A stretch of DNA of 35,785 nt from Octopus bimaculoides. Its lineage: Eukaryota. The notes under the pieces are model-generated. The model had not been told where the DNA came from. It saw nothing but the letters and a program-made list of their open reading frames with translations, and made no database searches. Positions 1-11,799 of this stretch are shown one piece after another. The stretch spans positions 22,511,931 to 22,547,715 of the forward strand of contig NC_068983.1 in NCBI RefSeq assembly GCF_001194135.2. Direction: 5' to 3'. A program made the translations under genes and the position numbers. Position 1 is the first letter of the stretch. Each line of letters starts with the position of its first letter.

Positions 1-238
1 GCGGGTGGCACATAAAAGACACCATTTCGAGCGTGGCCGTTTTCGTGCGGGTGACACGTAAAAGCACCCACTACACTCTCTGAGTGGTTGGCGTTAGGAA
101 GGGCATCCAGCTGTAGAAACTCTGCCAAATCAGACTGGAGCCTGGTGTTGCCATCCGGTTTCACCAGTCCTCAGTCAAATCGTCCAACCCATGCTAGCAT
201 GGAAAGCGGACGTTAAACGATGATGATGATGATGATGA
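1..238 (+). mobile_element. SINE 3' portion, (GAT)n-tail type (tail B), truncated by window start
   Basis: Body ...gagtggttggcgttaggaagggcatccagctgtagaaactctgcc...ccaacccatgctagcatggaaagcggacgttaaac then (GAT)n; near-identical at 6497-6657 and 19021-19209. Confidence 0.9.
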
Positions 239-309
239 ACGTAGCGGCAGACAAAATACCGCTAAGCATTTCGCCCGGTATGCTAACATTTCTGCCAGCT
301 CGCCGCCTT
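239..309 (-). mobile_element. 5' head fragment of SINE family D (tRNA-derived)
   Basis: gcagacaaaataccgctaagcatttcgcccgg...ttctgccagctcgccgcctt matches the head of the copy at 34253-34476. Confidence 0.8.
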
Positions 310-493
310 TCAGTTCCTATCTACCAAATTCCACCTTTCAGTCTTCTTTCAGTTTTTATCTACCAAATTCACTCACAAGGCTTTGGGTGGCCCAGAGTTA
401 TAGTAGAAACTCTTCCTCAAGGTGCCACACAGTAGGGCTAACCCAGAACCATGTAGTTGGCAAGTAAACTTCTTAACCACACAATCATGCCTG
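310..493 (-). mobile_element. Degenerate SINE head H (tRNA-like head plus CORE-like ggcaagtgtctt segment)
   Basis: ctaccaaattcactcacaaggctttgg...aaggtgccacacagtagggctaacccagaaccatg aligns to 13130-13294. Confidence 0.75.
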
Positions 494-689
494 CAACCAG
501 TACTGAATACAGTGAAACCACCAAGTTTTTAACTAAAACTCAATAACATATTCTATCTTAGTCTCTTTTTTTTTTTTTTATTAAATATGTTATGACAAGG
601 GACTGGCAGATGTGGCAATTTGTTGTACTTGATAAGACATGTCAAGTTAAGTAAAATCGCTGTCTTCCACACATACAGGCTTGTTCTTC

Positions 690-905
690 TTTCAGGTGCC
701 AGAACTGCATAAAAAGCACCAATACTAGTGGTACATAAAAAGAACCCAGCACACTCTGTTAAGTGGTTGGCATTGGGAAAGGCATGCAACTGTAAAAACC
801 ATGCCACAAAAGACAGTTGAAGTTTGGACAGCTTCCTGCTAGCCAGCTCCCTGTCAAACCATCCAACCCATGCCAGCATAGAAAGTGGACATTAAATGAT
901 GATAT
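690..905 (+). mobile_element. Older tail-B SINE fragment
   Basis: gtggttggcattgggaaaggcatgcaactgtaaaaaccatgcc...ccaacccatgccagcatagaaagtggacattaaatgatgat. Confidence 0.75.
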
Positions 906-1567
906 CTCCAATTTTGCCCATGGTGCTTTGTATGAAACTTTTCACATAGTACATAAATAAATACAGCAAATGGTGATGGTGGTGGTGGTGGTAAAACAGA
1001 AACGTTTTTAAGGATGTATTTCATTAAAATTAAAATCCATCAACATCAACCACATCTTCATTGCATATAAGAAAATAAAATAAAAACTGAACTTGCTCCT
1101 TCTAGTTTAGCATTAATATGATTCCATTTTGACAGATATTTCCTGTCTTGTATTAAACCAGACCAGTCTCATCAGATTAACCCATTATGCATAAGTCAGA
1201 TAATAAAACAAATTATAAAACTCTCAACAATAAAACTGTCAAATCGAAAATTTATTAAAGCAGCAGTATAACACATTATTATGCCAGTATGGGATGGGAA
1301 GGTTACAAATATCAACTAGTTCAACCACAAAGACCAGTGAAATATATGTAGTTATCAAACCGAGTTATGATAACCAGAATGGTATTTATACTTCTAAAGG
1401 CTCTGTTATTGAATGGCAGCCATGCTGGGATGCAGCCTGCTTCAAGGAGTTTGAATTGATTGTATCACCTAAAGTTCTAATTTTACTAATCTCTCTTCAT
1501 TAAATGGTGAAGTTCACCTACTTGTTGAATCACACTAATTTATGAGTGTAAATACAAGGTATTTCTG

Positions 1568-1640
1568 TTTTACTCTTTTACTCGTTTCAGTCATTTGACT
1601 GTGGCCATGCTGGAGCACCGCCTTTTATCAAGCAAATCAA
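1568..1640 (-). mobile_element. SINE tail-C 3' fragment, (AAAAGAGT)n-type end
   Basis: tactcttttactcgtttcagtcatttgactgtggccatgctggagcaccgcc matches the 3' ends at 12912, 22767 and 30799. Confidence 0.85.
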
Positions 1641-2184
1641 ACATACAGTCAACATCATGGTGTTTGGAGTGATCACTAGTGATGGCAACAATATATCCTC
1701 CATTCATCTTCCCACACAGCATCACACTCAACACAGAGGCTTACATCAAGTCCCTGGATGAAGTAGTGCTGCTCTGGGTCAAGAGGGTGGCTGCTGGAAG
1801 ACCCTATGTCTGGCAACAGGACTCAGCACCATGCTACACAAACAGGAGAACCCAGTCATGGCTGTCAAACAATTTCTGCACCACATCATCCCTAACATCT
1901 GGCCACCTAACTCCCTAGACTGCAAACCCCCTTGATTATGTGTGGAGCGCAGTTGAGTGAGAGATCAACAAAACTCCTTTAACACCAAAGTTAAACTGAA
2001 GGTAAGGATTATGACAGCATTCACCAACTTAAGAGACCATCCAGAAGAGCTGCAGGTGATTCCAAAGTTGTCTGGAGGCCGTGGTTGAAGCCAATGGCAA
2101 TTTTACTGAATAAATTTACTAGTGAGATGTCAATGTTATTTTCATTTTTGCATAATTTAGACAATTTATTCACTGCACCCTGTA
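1641..2184 (+). mobile_element. Decayed Tc1/mariner transposon, DD37D (maT) type: transposase C-terminal catalytic region and 3' TIR
   Basis: Piecewise translation gives VNIMVFGVITSDG, YVWQQDSAPCYT (second Asp), and WPPNSLDCKPLDY after frameshifts (third Asp); my count is 37 residues between Asp2 and Asp3. Ends ...cactgcaccctg|TA (reverse complement TA-CAGGGTG). Frameshifts and a stop are present. Confidence 0.85.
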
Positions 2185-2319
2185 TATACAGACATACATA
2201 TACACACACATACCGGGCAGATTAGTATCAAAAGGGTTTCAGCCCAAAACCTCGGGTATTACCACTCCTCAACTATATTTATTGATAGCAACAATATGTT
2301 GTCAAGCAAAAGGGATCAT

Positions 2320-2320
<1 letters not shown>

Positions 2321-2382
<62 letters not shown>

Positions 2383-2390
2383 CACACACA
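2321..2390. repeat. Compound (GT)n(TA)n(CA)n microsatellite
   Basis: Directly visible dinucleotide runs. Confidence 0.95.
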
Positions 2391-2639
2391 TATCCTGCAT
2401 AAAATTGTGCTTGAGTATTCAAACTGTAGAATCATTTATCTCAAGAATACAGGAATAAGATAGAACCTAAAGAGAAATTTTCATTAATTTATCAGAGATA
2501 AACAGCCAAGATACAGTTCTGCCAAACTTGATTTTTGAAGAAAATCGTCTTAAGAGCTAATTACTTTAGAGCAGACATATAAACTAATTACATTCTTGCA
2601 ACAGTCTTGACAGCCTCCGTTATATTTTACAGCAGTGAC

Positions 2640-2870
2640 AATATGAATGATAGTGTTGGTGGATCTAGGGACTGGTGTTAGTAATAGTGCTAGAACAACA
2701 GTATATAGAGTAGTGATAATAGCAGTAGTGGTGGTAATTGTACGAGTAACTGTGATGGTCGTAGTGGTGATATAAAGAAAGATGAGGTAGTGGAAACAGT
2801 AGCAATAGTAATGATAGTGGCAGTGGAAATTGTAGTTATTGTCGACAGGTAGAGGTAGCAAAGTACAGTT
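2640..2870. repeat. Decayed (GTA/GTG/ATA)n trinucleotide low-complexity tract
   Basis: gtagtggtggtaattg...gtagcaatagtaatgatagtggcagtgg; explains the Thr-rich spurious ORF at 2550-2861. Confidence 0.75.
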
Positions 2871-3025
2871 ATTGAAAGGTATGTATTGTTGCTAAAACAA
2901 AAACCAAAAAAAAATTGGAATCAACTGATAAATATGTACTTGATTAACATGAATAACTTATTTTGCAAAGAAATAAAATAGTCTAAAATTTAAATTTAAG
3001 AAATAAAAATAGTTGAATTGAGGGG

Positions 3026-3057
<32 letters not shown>

Positions 3058-3268
3058 CCTTTCTACAATAGGCACAAGGCCTGAAATTTAGGGGAGGGGG
3101 ATAGTCGATTGCATTGACCCCAGTACTCAACTGGTAATTATTTTATTGACCTGGAAAAGATGGAAAGCAAAGTCAATTTTGGTGGAATTTGAACACAGAA
3201 CATGAAGGTGGATGAAATACCATTGAGCATTTTACCCGGAACACTAACGATTCTGCAAGCTCACCACT
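3026..3268 (-). mobile_element. SINE family D with (ATT)n tail
   Basis: (TAA)n then cctttctac...gaccccagtactcaactggt...aaagtcaattttggtggaatttgaac; paralogous to 4114-4332 and 34253-34476. Confidence 0.85.
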
Positions 3269-4113
3269 GTAATAATAATAGCTAAGAAAAAGTTTGGTAC
3301 AAATGTAAAGATAGAACACCTACAAAAATCATCATTGCTTGGAACTGCAAGAGTTCTCTGCAGGGTTCTTGAAGCACGATCAGTAAACAAGTGTCACCTT
3401 AGTCTGCTGGTTGTGGACAGCTGACACCTTCCATCATACCCAGCAAAATAAGCTGAGAGTTTTCATCAAATAATAATAATAACCTTTCTTTATTGGCCAC
3501 GGGAGTCAAACACAAAATAAATAGGGACAATGCAACATGGAGGGGGGGACAAGCAGGATTGTTGTGGTGAGAGTCATGACACCTCCTGCGAGAATAGACT
3601 TGACCAAACAAATATAAATGAGTGAGGGAAAGAGTAGGCATTAATTAAGATGTTGTTTTGGTAGTTTGTCAGAATATCGTTTGTAACGTTGTTGTTACCC
3701 TGCTTCGTTATATATTTCATTGTTGCTACATGGTTATAGTATAAACAAGTAGCATCATCAATAGTAGCGATACTACAGGGATAAAGCACAATATTCATGT
3801 ACAAAATAAATAACAAAACAACAAAATTTAAACAAAATTCCCCAAAGTAGGGGTGGGATTCCTCTCAGAGCCAACCAAGAACCCACACATCCTGGTCACC
3901 CCGACCACCAAGGGTACCTCAGGCCGGTACCACACTCCTTCTCAACTCTGACCTACAAGTGCATGTTCAGAGTAGGCCCATTTACACACGCCAACCTCAC
4001 CATATTCACCTACCTTTCAAGAAAAATACTAGGAGGCAGCATTTCCCTTTCCACCCTCACTTTCTTTTTCAAGTGAACCTGAAAAAGTCAAAAAGGGCTT
4101 GGCCGAAGAGGAA

Positions 4114-4332
4114 TAATAATAATAATCCTTTCTACCATAAACACAAGGCCATAAATTTTGGAGGTGGGAGTTAGTCAATTATATCAAACCCAGTACTCAA
4201 CTGGTATATATTTTACTGACCCCAAAAGGATAAAAAGGAAAGTCAATCTCAGTAGAATTTGAACTCAGAACATAAAGACGGATGAAATGCCACTAAGCAT
4301 TTTGCCCGGCGTTGTAATGATTCTGCTAGCTT
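4114..4332 (-). mobile_element. SINE family D
   Basis: Same body as 3026-3268, with (TAA)n on both sides. Confidence 0.85.
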
Positions 4333-4752
4333 AATAATAATAATAATAATAATAATTTTTAAACTTATACATTGAATAGAGCTAGATGCACTTTACTTGA
4401 AAGGAAGAAAAATGTGATGGCCAATGTTTGAACATATAGCTGATACGGCAAAAGCACAAAAAAAACCAAAAAAACTGAAGGACAATGAAAAGCAAGTCTA
4501 TTTTAAGAATCCAGAAGAAATTTGGAAATGAATTTGGTATTTCAGACAACCATGTATGGGTTATGATAGTATATAATTTATTGAGTATACTGATTAACAC
4601 ATTTCTGTGTGCATACCTACAAGTATGTTTATCAATGCACATCTATCTGCATGCAACTTAGAGAGTATGGTGAAAATACGGAAGAGAGAAAAACGAAGAG
4701 GTCCACAAGCAAATATATACATAGGAACATATGTGCTTATATACTACATAAT

Positions 4753-5144
4753 GTGGAGGCGCAATGGCCCAGTGGTTAGGGCAGCGGACTCGCGGTCATA
4801 GGATCGCGGTTTCGATTCCCAGACCAGGCATTGTGAGTGTTTATTGAGCGAAAACACCTAAAGCTCCATGAGGCTACGGCATGGGATGGTGGCGAACCCT
4901 GCTGTACTCTTTCACCGCAACTTTCTCTCACTCTTTCTTCCTGTTTCTGTTGTGCCTGTAATTCAAAGGGTCAGCCTTGTCACACTGTATCACGCTGAAT
5001 ATCCCTGAGAACTACGTTAAGGGTACACGTGTCTGTGGAGTGCTCAGCCACTTGCACATTAATTTCACGAGCAGGTTCTTCCGCTGATCGGATCAACTGG
5101 AACCCTCGACGTTGTAAGCGACAGAGTGCCAACAACAACAACAA
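4753..5144 (+). mobile_element. Near full-length tRNA-derived SINE (resembles octopus OR-type SINEs) with 10-bp TSD
   Basis: A box TGGCCCAGTGG, B box GGTTTCGATTCC, (AAC)n tail, direct repeat actacataat at 4743-4752 and 5145-5154; second copy at 24152-24529. Confidence 0.9.
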
Positions 5145-5324
5145 ACTACATAATACTAGGAAGAGGGTCAAATTGGATGGGGAACAGATTATAGCCTCAA
5201 CATTTGCATATGCACAGAATTTAACCATTACCCTCCACACATCATCAATCCTTCAAGCTGATTATAATATACTCCCTAAGGAAGGAGCTTCAGGGAGGAA
5301 GCTTGTGTGTATGTTTATTTATAT

Positions 5325-5708
5325 AAATGTAATGCTTATTCACATTGAATCATGTATTGTCTTGTAACTGAGATTTCGATGATGTGATTGTTTATTTTTA
5401 GAATAACATTGTTGGGTATATGAAAGAAATTGGATCTGGCCAGTTTGTACATAAAACATGTAGAATATATGGGCCAGGTATGGCCAGTTTAACCCTTTAG
5501 CATTCAGATTATTTTATCAAATGTATTGCTTATTCATTCACATTGTTTGAATTCATCATGCATTATTTCAGAGCTTTGAAATTTCAACGATGTGTTTGTG
5601 TATTTTTAGAATGACATTGTAGGACAGGTGTACGAGTCCAGATCTGTCTGGTCTGGACATAAAACAGGTAGAATATTTGAGTCGGATATGGCCGGCTTAA
5701 ATGCTAAA
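5325..5708 (-). mobile_element. Two nested/tandem copies of piggyBac-type MITE family A
   Basis: ttaa|ccctttagcattca terminus at 5489-5506; both bodies are homologous to 33733-33954; the inner copy starts at the host's internal TTAA. Confidence 0.8.
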
Positions 5709-6496
5709 CAATTCTTGAAAATAGATGCATGAACATCACATCATCCTATTTCCCATCAACAAATCTCTACTCTCATGCCACACCCAACTGTATAGTTCCA
5801 CATTATTTTTTTTTTTTTTTTTTTTTTTCATTCTTTAACCCTGTATTACATCTGTGACCATGCTCATTTCTGACAAACTGTTGTTGAAATTAAATGTTTC
5901 AAAATACTTACTAGTTTGAAAAAACAGTAGTTTGAAAGAGGTTTTGGCTGTTACTTCTAGCAGGGCAATCAACTACAGAGAAGATCCCTCTCTGTTGCCA
6001 CTACAATTACATTGTATGTTTTAAAATCATTCTTTATGAGAACAATTATTTCAGTGCAGCATTCTCTATAGCTACCAATTCCCAACTGTAATTCTTCAGA
6101 TCTAATTAGTCAGTTGAAATACACATAAACATCATAAACACAAATCTCACTATCATAATAATAAAAATAATAATAATAACAATTAAATTAGCATCTGACT
6201 TTTGAATTGCTTACCAAAACACTCAAAAGAGAGACCTTTAAATTATAATCTAAATACACATATGAATTCAATACTGTAATATTAGTTCAAAGATTACATG
6301 TTTGTTACTACTTCATATGGGGGGGGGGGTAGGAAAAACAAAACTTAAACATGAGTATATATGTGATTTTTATCAATAACCGGCAAAAGCTACAGATTAA
6401 TTCAAGGGCTGACAGCACATGGAAACCCCAGTTCCTGAGTCAGTCTCCAACTTCAGTCAATTATTAATAAAAACATGTTCATATGTGTGTGTGTGT

Positions 6497-6657
6497 GAGT
6501 GGTTGGCGTTAGGAAGGGCATCCAGCTGTAGAAACTCTGCCAAATTAGATTGGAGCCTGGTGTAGCCATCCGGTTGCACCAGTCCTCAGTCAAATCGTCC
6601 AACCCATGCTAGCATGGAAAGCGAACGTTAAACGATGATGATGATGATGATGATGAT
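6497..6657 (+). mobile_element. 5'-truncated young tail-B SINE
   Basis: Almost identical to 82-238, with (GAT)n tail. Confidence 0.9.
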
Positions 6658-6702
6658 ATATATATATATATACACACACACACATACATACATACACACA
6701 TG

Positions 6703-7100
6703 ACACAGGTGTGGCTGTGAAGCTCATTTCTCAACCATATGGTCTTCAGTTCAGTCCCACTGCATCGCACCCTGTTCAAGTGTCTTCTGCTATAATGCCA
6801 AGCAAACTAAAGTCTTGTAAGTAAATTTGATAGATGGAAACTGAAAGAAGCCTGTTGTGTTTATGTGTGTCTTTGCCTGGACATCATGTGATGGTTGTAA
6901 ACGAGTATCACCACCATACAAGCAATGTTGCTGTTTTCAGTCTTCTGTGAAAAACATGTCTGGCCATGAGAAAATATTACCTAGCTTGGACACTAGTGAG
7001 AGTTGGCAACAAGAAGGGTATCTGGCCATAAAAAAAAATCTGCTTCAATAAATTCCATCTGACCCATGCAGGCATGAGAAAGGGGGTATTAAACGATCAT
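6703..7100 (+). mobile_element. Old SINE: head H plus diverged tail-B-type body
   Basis: ggtgtggctgtg...gttcagtcccactgc...aagtgtcttctgctata...gaaactgaaagaagcc, then ...gacccatgcaggcatg...attaaacgatcat. Confidence 0.7.
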
Positions 7101-7229
7101 TATCATGATTATATATTATTCATTCATCTAATGTTCATTTTTCCATGCTAGTAAGAATTGGATGAGGATGTATTTGAGGCGGCTACTTCATTTGTGTGTG
7201 CATATTACATAAGCACATACATATACATA

Positions 7230-7385
7230 CGGGCTTCCACAGTTTCCGTTTACTAAATTCATCCACAAGGCATTTGGTCAGCCTGAGGCAATAGAAGACA
7301 CTTGCCCAAGATGCCTGTGTAGTGGGACTGAACCTAAAGTCATATGGTTACAAAGTAAGCTTCTTTACCATTCAGCCATGTCAAT
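7230..7385 (-). mobile_element. SINE head H fragment
   Basis: cagtttccgtttactaaattcatccacaaggcatttggtc...agaagacacttgcccaag...gtgggactgaacc. Confidence 0.75.
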
Positions 7386-7802
7386 AACATTTCTCATAGA
7401 GATGAAACAAGGTACATAAAATTAAATATTCTACTGCAGCAAATATTTAGCCACTAATATAGAGTTGGCAATCCTATACTTTATTCAATAGGCTTATTCT
7501 CTCTCTCTCTCTTACTCACTCTCACACAAACACACACACACACATTATTTGTATTGGCAAAGCTCCATTATCATCCCAGAAACATACAAAAAAGACATTT
7601 TTTAAATTGTAAAATTCTATTCCTCATTTCAAACACTTAGATATCATCTTTAAAAAAATGCATTAAATTATTTCTACAAACCCCAGCAGATAAACAAACA
7701 ACACTGAAATATTTTCTACATACCCATAGTAATGTTTGTGTGTTAGTAAAATCCTTATTAAGTGTCTTGTTAAATGAAGCACAAGAACCATGCAAATGGC
7801 TA

Positions 7803-8021
7803 CAGCTTGTATTACGTTAACCCCTTAGCATTCAGGTAACTCTGTCAAATCATCGTCATCGTCGTTTAACGTCCGCTTTCCATGCTAGCATGGGTTGGAC
7901 GATTTGACTGAGGACTGGTGAACCAGATGGCTACATCAGGCTCCAATCGATGATGATGATGATGATGATGATGATTTGACAGAGTTACCTGAATGCTAAA
8001 GGGTTAACGTAATACAAGCTG
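7803..8021. repeat. Inverted duplication (52-bp arms, 1 mismatch) enclosing a minus-strand tail-B SINE fragment
   Basis: 7803-7854 is the reverse complement of 7970-8021 except C7824/A8000; the SINE 3' end lies at 7851-7948. Confidence 0.9.
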
Positions 8022-8339
8022 GTAGAAACAAAAACAATTTTATTTTTACAAATCAAGCCCCAGCCATAAAGTTTGAAAAAGGCCACAAGCACATGAACAA
8101 ATTTGTAGGAATGGTATTAGTCAATTAAATTGCACCAAATGCATGGGTGTGTGTGTACACAGGCACATACATTTGCTTACATGCCTATCTATACATTGAC
8201 ACTGCCTGAAAAACAGTACTGTGTGTTCATGTACTATATAACTTAGCAGATCAATAAAAAGACTATATAATTAGAAGCAAACCCTATAAATATTGGGGTC
8301 TAAATGTGCCCTAAAATGGCTGCAATCCAATGTGTGCAT

Positions 8340-8625
8340 GTGCATGCATGTACATGTGTGTCCTTATCTTGAGATCACATGCTAGTGGTAAACAAACATC
8401 ACTCTCATACAAGTGGTGTCTTTCATTTGCAATCTTTCATGAAGTCATATTCAACCAATGACTGTTCACATTTCAAGGATTAGAGAAATATTACCTTAAC
8501 CAGAAACTGGTAAAGAGTTAACAACAGGAAGGGTAACAGGCCACAGGAAAATCTGTCTCAACAAATTTATTCCGACCCATTCAAGCATAGAAAAGAGCAT
8601 ATTAAAACAATGATGATGATGATAG
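8340..8625 (+). mobile_element. Old tail-B-type SINE body
   Basis: Homologous to 6860-7090; ends ccgacccattcaagcatagaaaagagcatattaaaacaatgatgatgat. Confidence 0.65.
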
Positions 8626-10204
8626 TTAAACCACACATTCTTCTCACTGTGACTGAAAAATTAGATTGGCTTGAGTAGTTTCAATGCTTCTTCAAACTTC
8701 ACCAGAGAGTAGTTACTAATTTTCCTGACCACTGGGAGAGTAGTGTAGTTTTTAGCTGTTTATTGTTGCCATTACCAGCAGAATATCAAGCTGTTAGGTA
8801 AAATATATTATTCTACTTGCTTCAGTTAACTTTGAAGAAATATTTCCACACATGAATGGCTAGCATTTTAGACACAAATACCGCCTCCAACCAAAACATA
8901 CTACAATCATTCAAATTATTACAACACCTATATTATACTTCACACTGCACATATTACCAAAATATCTTGTCGATTTGGTTTCCTGCCAAATGTGGCCAGG
9001 CAAACCTGTCTGACCCATCCAAGCATGGTAAAAAACAAATATTTGAAATAATAATTATGATTCTGCAAAAGATAAGCTCACCAATGTTTCGGAAAAACCA
9101 AACAGATAACAAGTTTAACTGTCATCAGAGGGTAGAGCGTTATTGATATTTATATCTGATAATCCGTAGATGCAGTTTTGTAACTTTCTTATAAGACCAA
9201 ATTAATAACAAAGGTATAGGTATGACTATGTTGTTAAGTTTACTGCTCAACCATGTGGTTTTGGGCTGTCTCATTACCCAGCATCTTTGGCAAATGTCTT
9301 CTACTATCACTCCAGACCAATGGTTTGTGAGTGACCTTGGCAGATGGAAAGTCTACAAAGCCTATCATTTATATATACATATGATATAGATACATATACA
9401 CATATGATATAAATGGATGTATGCACATGCACCTGTGTATCTGTCTAAATGTTTATATCCTGTGCACTTCGCAAAGTGCTGAACAAGTAAAGAAGTTTAA
9501 CAAACCATCCACTAGCTCTGAACTTTTGAAGATATTCAAAATAAGAGATCTCTTACTTGAAAAACAAGTGAGAGTTAGCAACAGAAAGAGTATTTGACTG
9601 TATGTAAAACAATTGCCACAATAACCAGTATTCATCTAATCCATACTAGCATTAAAAAAAAACACATAAAACAAATGAAGTGTGGAATGAGTTGTAGAAT
9701 TGTTTTCAGCAAGCAAGAATAATCAAATTATCTAAGCACTTTCTAAATCATTTATTTTGGTATGGAGATAGTTTTTGTTTGTTTTCCACCCTCAAGGGTT
9801 ATCCAACAGGTTTAAAGCAATGAGTTCAAATCAAATGACAATACAAAAGTTGTGTTGTGACCACATCAACATCAAACAGTTAACATTGCTTCACTGAAGT
9901 TTAATAAAACCAAAACATGCCCAGAATTGACACCATAACCAAAGATCAGATTCACTCTCCACTGAATGCCGCCATTAAATTTTTTATCAATTCAAATTTT
10001 AGAGTTCCCTCCCCTGACCATCATGGCAACAATTTTTTTTAACAATGACTTTGTTCCTCTTTACAAGGAGAATTATCAATTGATTAAACATTCTTTTTGA
10101 CTCACTACATTCAGCATGTTAGCCCACACTTGACTATATGTTCTTCATGCAGGAGACACCCGTGTTGCAATTTCTAATGGCTTAATAAAGACATCTATTC
10201 CAAC

Positions 10205-10438
10205 ATTTGAACTTACAGCATGAAGCCAGAAAAAATGTTGCTACGCATTTTCTCCAGCATGCTAACAATTCTGCTAGCTTGCTGTCTTAATAATAATAAT
10301 CCTTTCTACTTTAAACACTTCGGGGCATAGGGTACTGACCCCTAAAGGATGAAAGATAAAGCCAACCTCAGTGCAATTTGAACTCAGAATGTAAAATGGA
10401 CAAAATGCTACTAAGCATACTGCCCAGCCTGCCACCTT
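10205..10438 (-). mobile_element. Two adjacent decayed family D SINE pieces
   Basis: Two heads (atttgaac...gcatttt...ttctgctagcttgctgtctt, and 10288-10438) separated by (TAA)n. Confidence 0.65.
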
Positions 10439-11102
10439 TAAAATAATAATAACATGGCCACAAGCATGGCTTGGTAGACACAGGTATACCCATGTTAAGA
10501 AGTTTGGTTCACAGCCACTTGGGGAGGCCATCCAAGCCCAATGAGTCATTTTGATGGATAGAAATGGTATTAATGTCTTTCCTTTATGTGTGGGTATACA
10601 TGTGTGTCTGCATGGGCCCGTAGGCTGATAATTCATCTAGCATTGTTGGTGCAAAGCAGTGCTGTTGTTGATATGACTGGTTGCGCTGCACTTTCAAAGG
10701 CCTATAAAACATTAAAACCCTTAATCTGAAAAACAGGTGAGAGTTGGTAACAGGAAGAACATCCAGCTATAAAATTCCACCACAAGGTCAATTCCCAACC
10801 AAGCCATGCTAGCATGAGAAAACAGATGTTAAATGAATGAAAGAACAAACAAATATAGGAATATACTTTCTACAACTCAATGTAGAGTAATCCAATAATA
10901 GATTTATTATCTCTGTATAGTTTAAGACCTACAAATAAAAAATTACAGCTAGCTTTATAGTAAAAACAAAAATCTTCTCAGTTTAATATCTTCATTCATA
11001 AATACTCTACTTAGAAAAAGGCACTCAGCTCTTCTTCCAAGATTGCAGACTACTGAAATGATAAGAAAAGAGAAAAGAGGTCCTTATAAATAAATTATAC
11101 AT

Positions 11103-11169
11103 NNNNNNNNNNNNNNNNNNNNNNNNNNNNNNNNNNNNNNNNNNNNNNNNNNNNNNNNNNNNNNNNNNN
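11103..11169. other. Assembly gap (N run) at a (TA)n microsatellite
   Basis: Run of N adjacent to TA/GT repeats. Confidence 0.99.
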
Positions 11170-11799
11170 ATATATATATATATATATGTATATGTATGTG
11201 TGTGTGTATGTATGTGTATATATATATATATATATACACACATGCATACATATAAGTGTACATATGTAGGTGTGTGTGTATATATATATATATATATATC
11301 AGCTAGACTAATTAATACAAAAGCATAAATTATCCTCTAAAGAAACCAGCAGCAATAAAAGACAGTCACAGCTTTCATATGAATGAATTTAGTTTAGTAA
11401 CCTTATCATTGGTAATAAATAGCAGTGACAGTTAAGACTGACATACATCTATCAAAAACAGATTCGCTTCTTAATATAATTACAGTGGGAGAAAAACAGA
11501 CACAAAAATAAATGGGAGAGAGGATGTTGCTAGTTTTCACCCCCAGTCTACCCATCCATCCATGTTCTTAGTGCAAATTCCATTAAGGTCAACTGTACCT
11601 TTCAGGAGGGTGAACGGATTAATAAAACACAAGCAGCAGTAATGCATTGAAAAGCTAACAAACTGGAAGAATCGTTTGAGTATTAGATAAAACACCTTGT
11701 GGTATTTTTCTTGACTATTCGCAATGTTCTTTTCCCAGAAATTGAGAGCAGTTTTAAGGTAGGATGTAGGAAACTTCTCTACGTGAAAAAAAAGGATAA

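Noticed and set aside
2550-2861. Thr-rich mucin-like ORF
   Set aside because: Product of a decayed trinucleotide repeat.
4755-4835. tRNA gene (also at 24450-24529)
   Set aside because: A/B boxes are present, but the sequence runs into a 300-bp SINE body with tail and TSD, and I cannot fold a complete cloverleaf.
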